Below are positions 60,622 through 64,000 of a stretch of 64,000 bases of DNA, piece after piece. Both the position numbers and the translations under genes were made by a program. The DNA lies in assembly GCF_009914755.1 (NCBI RefSeq), contig NC_060941.1; one strand, written 5' to 3'. A model generated the notes under the pieces. It searched no databases and was not told the origin of the DNA. It worked only from the letters and a program-made list of their open reading frames with translations. Source of the stretch: the human T2T-CHM13v2.0 reference genome, Homo sapiens. The stretch's first letter is position 1; each line of letters opens with the position of its first letter.

Positions 60622-61456
60622 CTGTACAGGGAAGGTTAAGGTCGGGGTAGCAGGAGCACAGAGAGCCATCACCTACTCACTACAATCTGGGGCTGCCTAA
60701 ACATCCAGCTTGAGCAGATGGAACTTTCCAAATAACCATGTTAGCAAATAATTGTTCACGTAGTGACTATAAAGTTACACCAAGTTTTCCTGTGTTTAAG
60801 AAAAAGATACAGCTCTTAAGAAACATAAACTCAGGAGCCAAATAATGATTGAGCTGGAGGTGTAGAAATGGATTTCCACTGGGGATGATAAAATTATAAA
60901 ATATCATGAGGACTCTCTCCACCAAAATGTGAAGCAAGGGAGCAGTAAAGAAATAGCAACTTAAATTTATTTTCTTCAGAGACTGAATCAAAGTTTCCGT
61001 TAACTTTGTTTGTTAAGACAGAAGTAATGGGTGCTTCATAACTTGTTTGGCAGCTCCTAACAAATATTAATTTTTAGATTTCAGATTCAACAAACATTTA
61101 TTGATGCTCAGACTTTCTCAGGCATGGAGCACATAATTTCGTTTAAACCTCACCATATTTCTTTGAAATAAATAGTCTTACTAGTGAGACAGCTGAATAC
61201 CACTGAGTTTAAGTAATTTGTTAAAGGTCACATAGCTACTAAGCCATGGAGCCAAAGTTCAAACCAGGTATGGGTCCAAGTAAGTTAATGAATCTTTTGA
61301 TAGAAAGGGAAAATAATGAGTTATTTCTGGAAAGTAATCTAAGAAAATTGTTTCAAATACTATTATTACTTGAGGTGAGACACCCAGAGAAATGGAAAAA
61401 TCACTATGAGCAAAAGGTGGGCTGGCCATTCTTTTCTGAAGTTTATCTTCTGCCAT

Positions 61457-61487
<31 letters not shown>

Positions 61488-62666
61488 ATGATCCCCAGTC
61501 AAAGAATAATTTTGCAAAAGCTCAGTGGGCTTACTTGTATCCTATCTGGACTTAAGCTTAACTTTGACTTTCTAACACATAAAAAGTTAAGGAGGTTCTA
61601 ATTATCTGTGCTCAAAAAAATTAAAAAGCAACAAATAAGGATAATTGTTTTCTCCTATTGTAAGATCATTGGAAATGCCCTTTCCCTATGGGTGCCCAAT
61701 TTTTCAGCTAGTAAAGAAAGACTTACATTTGGTGGTTCTGACATCAACAGTTTAACAGTGGAACACTAAAGATTTGAGGCTATCAGGCAATGAAGGCAGT
61801 ACCAGTATTGGCAATGTAACTACAACAATTGTTGGGGGCCAAATCCTCAGAACACCTGAGTTCTGGGTTTCAGATCAAGTCAAAAATCTCATTTTCGGGG
61901 GTAGGGGTAGAATATGTAACTTTGAGGTCTTTTGCCATGATTTTTATTTTTTTCATAATATATCACAACTGTTTTTAAACACAGGTGTTAAAATTTGTTT
62001 TACATGGCTTTTCAAGAGAATAAATATTTCTTTTAAAACACCAAATACAAAGTCCTTAAAAATAAGTAAACAATATTATTTTAAAAATACAAAGATGTTT
62101 ATTATTAATTTACAATATTTTTAACTATGCAGAATTTTTATGTAAAAATATTTTTAAATTATTTGAACATCAGAAAAATACATATATAATAATCTACCTT
62201 TTGATTTTCCTCCTATATCATAGATGCTTATCTGGTCCAAAATATGGTTTCTTTCAACTAATTGTCTCAATACACTTTAACACCACTGTGTGTAAAAAGT
62301 TCCATTTAAGAGTACAAATTATGTTGTGTCTCACGTAGGAAATGAAGCTAGAAATTGTATAAAGCAATCTTTACAGCAAAAGCATAAATTAATTCAATTT
62401 TTATTTCCCATGTAAAGCTTCATGTATTTTAAAATAGAGTTTTAAGACATTTTATGTACTAAATGTTCTTACAATGAAAGATGTAATATATTCTTATTAT
62501 TTAAAGGATGTCCAGGTTAAAAAAAAAAACAAAAAAAACTGGCAGTTGATTTTCTTTTTGCTCCTCCATCTCCAGGTAATCAGTGTATAAAACTTAGTAT
62601 GTGTTTTTCTACAACTTTATCCTTGTTCAAACAATTATACACAAACAATTATATAATACTTACTAA

Positions 62667-62955
<289 letters not shown>

Positions 62956-62979
62956 TACAGCACAGAGCTACTGTTTTAT

Positions 62980-64000
62980 GTCTTTTTATTATAATTGTTT
63001 TATACTGGAACAGTTTAAAACTAACTGAAGCTGTAAAAATGATACAGAGAGATTCCATGAGCCCTTTGTTCAACTTTACATGACCACAGTACATTCTCAA
63101 AGTGAGGGTATTGCCATTGGTATAATACTGTTAACTACCAAGCTGCAGACTTCATTTGAGTTTTACCAGTTTGTACATGCACTTTTTTACTGTATATTTC
63201 TCTGAAATTTTATTATATGTGTAGATTCATGTAACTATCACTGCAACCCGGATACAGAACTCTTTCGTCAACACCAAAAAACTTCCTCATCTTACCCATT
63301 AGTAGTCACACTCTCCCCACAACTGTAACCCCTGGCAACCACTGATTTGTTTTCCATCATTACAACTGTATTACTTTGAGAATATTACATAAGCAGAATC
63401 GTGGAGAATTTAACCTTTTGCGATTCCCTTTTTTGGTTCTGTATAATGCCCTCGAGGTTCACTCAAGTGGTTGTGTGCAATAATTTGCACACTAATTGCT
63501 GAGTAATATCCCATTGCATGGTTGTACCAGTTTTTATAGCCACTCATCCATAGAAGGTCATTTCAGTTGTTCCTAGTTTTTGGTTATTACAAGCAAAGCT
63601 GTTATGAACATCTGTGTACAGGTTTCAGTAAGAACACACATTTTCATTTCTCTAAGATAAACACCCAGTAGTGGGATTGCTAGATTATATGATAGGTATA
63701 TATCTACCTTTATAAAAAACTACCATAGACTTTTCTAGAGTGCCTGTATCATTTTGCATTCACATAAGCAATATATGATTCACATCTTTTAAATCTGTAT
63801 CCTTTATATAAAATTAGGTGCTTGTTATGTAATTTCAAATCACATTTTAAAAATTCCTTGAGTATTCTTTGAAATCATTATTTTATTATCTGCGAACTAT
63901 TTTATCATGTGGATATACCACAATATATTCGATCAAACCACTTATTACTAGATATTCAATTTTCAAATTTTTGTTAGGAGAATTATCATTATGATCAATA
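62980..64000 (-). mobile_element. L1MC/MD 3' end
   Basis: Antisense 3'UTR and ORF2 end (AACCCCTGGCAACCACTGAT, CCCAGTAGTGGGATTGCTAGAT). Confidence 0.8.

Overview
Primate (very probably human) genomic DNA. It is AT-rich and made mostly of interspersed repeats, so it reads as intronic or intergenic. I found no protein-coding exon, RNA gene or processed pseudogene that I can support. The long ORFs in the supplied track come from dead L1 ORF2 fragments, Alu, LTRs or low-complexity tracts. The window records layered insertions: L2/MIR and L1M, DNA transposons (Tigger2a, MER2, MER33, MER58A, MER63A and a hAT remnant with a transposase fragment), ERV1/ERVL/MaLR LTRs, primate L1PA copies (two or three with inversions) and 14 Alus (J, S, Y). 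I see no convincing new biological system. Best leads: (1) a nested, back-to-back MLT2A1/THE1A LTR pair at 17.0-18.2 kb, each with a perfect DUX4 motif and an intact splice donor; (2) an old local inverted duplication of an L1 3' end plus its flank at 45.2-46.9 kb; (3) two non-repeat candidate regulatory elements, an E-box/homeobox cluster at 48.5 kb and a CpG-enriched promoter-like segment at 54.2-54.5 kb. Subfamily names come from my recall of consensus sequences and should be confirmed with RepeatMasker/Dfam.
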